The translations under genes and the position numbers were made by a program. A stretch of 64,000 nt of DNA from Octopus sinensis (Eukaryota): assembly GCF_006345805.1 (NCBI RefSeq), contig NC_042998.1, positions 18,662,001 through 18,726,000 of the forward strand. Direction: 5' to 3'. Below are positions 63,158 through 64,000 of the stretch, piece by piece (the first letter of the stretch is position 1; every line of letters starts with the position of its first letter). The notes beneath the pieces are model-generated. The model was given only the letters and a program-made list of their open reading frames with translations. It was not told the origin of the DNA and did no database searches.

Positions 63158-63652
63158 GACGTAGGAGTGGCTGTGTGGTCAGTAGCTTGCTTACCAACCA
63201 CATGGTTCCGGGTTCAGTCCCACTGCGTGGCACCTTGGGGCAAGTGTCTTCTACTATAGCCTCGCGCCGACCAAAGCCTTGTGAGTGGATTTGGTAGACG
63301 GAAACTGCAAGAAGCCCGCCGTATATATGTATATATATATATATATATAATATATATATAATATATATATATATATAATATATATATATGTGTGTGTGTG
63401 TGTATGTGTGTGTGTGTGTATGTGTGTGTGTGTGTGTATATAGGTTTGTGTGTCTGTGTTGTCCTCCCAAAATCGTTTGACAATCGATGCTGGCATGTTT
63501 TCGTCCCCGTCACTTAGCAGTTCGGCAAAAGAGACCGATAGAATGAGTAATAGGCTTCCAAAGAGTAAGGCCTGGAGTCGATTTGCTCGACTAAAGGCGG
63601 TGCTCCAGCATGGCCACAGTCAAATGAGTGAAACAAGTAAACGAATAAAAGA
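63158..63652 (+). mobile_element. SINE type C with an expanded internal microsatellite
   Basis: Matches the 14130 family. Confidence 0.9.
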
Positions 63653-63816
63653 ATTGTGTGAGTATGTGGGATTGCATGTTGTGCATTGCATTTGTAAGAG
63701 AGTTTCTGATAAAGCATTAGTGTGTGAATAAACTAATGTGTATTATTTGTCTGCTTTCCTTATACCGATAGACAGATTATTAATGTCTGTTTTGTCCATA
63801 TGCTACCTTTTCACAG

Positions 63817-63831
63817 TTTGATGAATTTGAT
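63817..63831 (+). CDS. Candidate 15-nt microexon (FDEFD in phase 0)
   Basis: Acceptor tttgtccatatgctaccttttcacag, perfect GTAAGT donor, length divisible by 3. Confidence 0.35.
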
Positions 63832-64000
63832 GTAAGTATTTACATAGAAGCGACGGAATACTGATTGCTGTATTCGAGTGGTTGAACTCTGTGTTCGCTA
63901 TTGCTCTCTCGACACGCCAACCTGTACTATATCATACATATCGTAAAATGTAAACATTTATTGAAATTGAGTTTATCTAAATACGCACATCATACTCCAG

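Overview
64 kb of AT-rich, repeat-dense animal genomic DNA, either intergenic or inside very large introns. The SINE repertoire and the (TA)/(TACA)/(GATA) microsatellite load look like an octopus (cephalopod) genome; this is inferred from recalled repeat sequences, not from a search. I could not identify any host protein-coding gene. Almost every ORF in the supplied track is a translation of microsatellite or SINE sequence. Supported content: about 35 copies of several tRNA-derived SINE types (many with target-site duplications), two RTE-type LINE 3' ends, a decayed CRE-like retrotransposon with a restriction-like endonuclease, a DD37D (maT) transposase relic, a mariner-like 5' end, two non-autonomous Helitrons, Merlin-like and hAT-like MITEs, several long fold-back palindromes, a few low-confidence splice-bounded exon candidates (including a 15-nt microexon), and a 100-N gap. 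The most interesting signal is a set of minimal type-I hammerhead-ribozyme-like motifs of the Penelope/retrozyme kind, carried by several short repeats. All have non-canonical cores. Two sequence-divergent motifs (38518-38553 and 52713-52748, minus strand) share a compensatory U3-A8 core and a palindromic ACCGGU helix III. One motif sits in a tRNA-headed SINE, and another occurs twice, back to back, in a near-perfect 166-bp palindrome.
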